DNA of 64,000 nucleotides from Ramazzottius varieornatus (Eukaryota; Animalia; Tardigrada): NCBI GenBank assembly GCA_001949185.1, contig BDGG01000013.1, positions 561,018 to 625,017 of the forward strand, read 5' to 3'. Shown piece by piece: positions 62,727 to 64,000 of this stretch (position 1 is its first letter; each line of letters starts with the position of its first letter). The notes under the pieces were generated by a model. It saw only the letters and a program-made list of their open reading frames with translations, ran no database searches and was not told where the DNA came from. The position numbers and the translations under genes were made by a program.

Positions 62727-64000
62727 CATAATTTTCAACACTCCGCACATAGGAACCTCGTCCCAGTATGACTTTGGTTTCCGTGACTACGTTCGCACTG
62801 GTTCCATACTGTTCAGAAAGTCCTGCAGCAAAATCCCTTGGCTTCTGGTTGTTGCAAGGGTGTACTGTGGTTCGACGGCTCCACTGTTCGGTTTTATTTC
62901 GTACACAATTCCCTAGATATTCGCGGTGGATCATTCTGTAGTCGACTAGTTATCAAAGACCGACTCAGAGATCGCTTACGTGTAATTTGTAATAGCCGCC
63001 ATAAGCTATTTCTGTAATACGGTGTTGATCTGAAGTATCATATTAAATCGTGGCAGCCGAAATTGAGTTGTGTTTCTTATTGCATCGCTCAACAAAGGAG
63101 ACGGGGCTTTCTATCAATGACCACGGACCCTACGGCGATTGCTCCCAACGAGACACTAAAAGCTATCAATCAAAGTAAGTCTGACCATCATTTGTTGAAC
63201 TTGTCGTTCGTCAAAGCTGACATACTGTGCTGTTGCTGCAGCACTGAGCAACATCGAAATAATCGCTATCATATTGGGATCCCTATCCAGAAACCCTGAA
63301 ATCCATTATTCAGCTTCGAGCCAGCTGCGACTTGCACAGGCAACAAAACGACGAACTCACTAAAACCGGCAACCAGCTGTCAGTAGAATGTAGCGCGAAG
63401 TAGAAACAGCAAAAACGACTGATCAACCATGCCAATCAACTCGCTGTGGTGAAAACGAAAATAAAATTTCTCCGTGTTGACATTGCCCGCACTCTGTACT
63501 GCTCACCAAGAGCGCACTTTAAACTGCGCACTGCAAGCCACAGGGTCCGACTCTATCGGAACAGCGCAAGCTACCTCTAGTTTTGTTTTGAAGTTTCTGG
63601 CATCCTTCACTCTTTCTTCGGACATGTTTGATCTTTACTGGAGCATTGGCTCGTTAGCCTTTCTGCTAGGACTGTCGACGGACCTTCCTACCTGACTTCG
63701 TAAAGTGATCAGCCATCTCGGAGTCTTGGATCAAACGTAGTTGCAGCCTTGCGTGAGAGCTTCCAGCAATCGCTTCAGTGCATTTGACAGCGAATTCCCT
63801 GAGACAGCTCGGCCGATTTGCCCTCGGTTTTCAGGTACAGCCGTAAGGGAACTCCCACCCAGAAAATGTTCAAAGACTTCTCTGACCGCTCTGCGGTCGA
63901 ACTTGCTGCATTGATGACGGTGAGTGGTCTGGCTCAATGGGGTTTTTTGCAGAAGATCGGCGAACAAGAATGCGATCATGTTTCACGTACCTGCATACAC

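Overview
This is eukaryotic (animal) genomic DNA with short introns (mostly 50-150 bp). The tandem expansion of diverged natriuretic-peptide-receptor/receptor guanylyl cyclase (rGC) genes suggests a tardigrade-like genome, but that is inference only. All exon structures below were spliced by eye. The left 45 kb holds an rGC-family array showing graded loss of signalling capacity: (1) a damaged, transposon-riddled rGC (minus, <492-15585); (2) an intact full-length rGC whose cyclase active site is degenerate (plus, 25733-31567); (3) two NPR-C-like receptors with ectodomain, TM and a short tail only (36330-39530, frameshifted; 42569-45404, intact); and (4) a dead first-exon relic (about 41935-42092). 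Also present are an intact SLC6 transporter and two spliced secreted Cys-rich proteins that the ORF track misses: a 125-aa six-Cys orphan, and a 66-aa amidated knottin precursor resembling the beetle antifungal Alo peptides. The right end holds a WBP1/VOPP1 (Shisa-like) gene, three single-TM paralog-like ORFs, and an AT-hook/C2H2 gene that is probably degenerate. Mobile DNA includes an intron-containing pogo element, a Tc1 DD34E element, a decayed APE-RT LINE, hAT/P-like and TA/TTAA-flanked MITEs (several nested), and a tRNA-derived SINE head.
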